From contig CDPCPM010000056.1 of assembly GCA_976551045.1 (NCBI GenBank), positions 14,570,001 through 14,634,000 of the forward strand: 64,000 nt of DNA. The letters run 5' to 3'. How positions within the stretch are numbered: position 1 is the first letter of the stretch; each line of letters begins with the position of its first letter. A program made the position numbers and the translations under genes. The DNA comes from Glaucostegus cemiculus. Taxonomy: Eukaryota. Shown one piece after another: positions 63,266 to 64,000 of the stretch. Below the pieces are notes generated by a model, which worked only from the letters and a program-made list of their open reading frames with translations, searched no databases and was not told the origin of the DNA.

Positions 63266-63924
63266 TCCATTGAACTGTAGAATTCACAGAGTAGCTCTTG
63301 TTTTTGTGCATTTTAAACAATGCTAATAGATCATCAAAATATTTGTAGTAAAGCAGCTAATAGGATTTTGCCAGCTACTTAAAAAATCCAGAAATCTGCT
63401 TTAACCTTCTTCGCATCCACCACCCCCCCCCCCCCCCCCCCCCCAAACAAGTTGGCTGATTTAGAGGCAAGAGGAAATTAAATATTATAAAATCCCTAAA
63501 CCTGACCTGGTCACTTTCAATTTTAAGAAGTGGATCTGGGATGGGATAAACCAGTAAACACTCTCGGGAGGAAAGCAGTTCTAAGGTAGTTGCAAGTTTC
63601 TATTTAACAGCTTTTTATTATCACCCCCTTGCAGACCATTCTCCCACTGCAATCAATAATACATCATTGTATTTGGTGCTTGTTTCTCATGGAGTCCAGT
63701 CGTCAGAAATCTTAATTTGACCTAGTGTTGCACTGTGTATTTTAATGGTTAAAGAAAACAAAGTACCAACATCATGGTGACTGTGATCTAGTCAAGAGAT
63801 GTTTTGCATTAATGTCTGGTGAACCAATATATAATTTCAAATATTGCACCTTTTTTTTCAAGTTTATTTTATGCTGTTTCCTGAAGTGGTTACAATCTTT
63901 TTATTTGGTCTCTGTTCATCCCAG

Positions 63925-64000
63925 GCATTGCCTGCATTGCCTTGTCCATTGCGGATCATCAAGGAAACCCTGTGTTGACAACGCATCAACCGGAGCAAAC
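63925..64000 (+). CDS. SZT2: SZT2 exon 24 (runs off the window): GIACIALSIADHQGNPVLTTHQPEQ...
   Basis: cccag| acceptor; phase 1 completes KG; GxACIxL motif. Confidence 0.88.

Noticed and set aside
63420-63444. Poly-C tracts (also about 27383, 46978, 58075) as functional G-quadruplex elements
   Set aside because: Simple homopolymers, common in this kind of genome and prone to sequencing error; no supporting context.

Overview
Eukaryotic genomic DNA, most likely from a cartilaginous fish (ray or shark), judged from the V-SINE/HE1-like, SacSINE1-like, CR1, Rex-Babar and Penelope repeat content. The whole window lies inside one + strand gene, SZT2 (KICSTOR scaffold, mTORC1 nutrient signalling). 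I mapped 24 consecutive coding exons (1640-64000, about 3.56 kb or 1,185 codons). Their phases join into one open frame, and one intron uses a non-canonical GC donor. The gene start and end lie outside the window. Introns hold retroelement debris: many CR1 LINE fragments (one young 2 kb copy, one internally deleted copy keeping its ORF1 esterase), Rex-Babar fragments, V-SINEs with two different 3' tails, a Deu-domain SINE, and a CpG-rich solo LTR with a 4-bp TSD. There is also a family of short Penelope-derived units carrying degenerate minimal hammerhead-ribozyme cores, several flanked by 10-17 bp target-site duplications. No prokaryotic-type system (CRISPR, operon) is present. Most ORFs in the supplied track are spurious or repeat-derived. 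Homology calls come from recall of these families, not from a database search.
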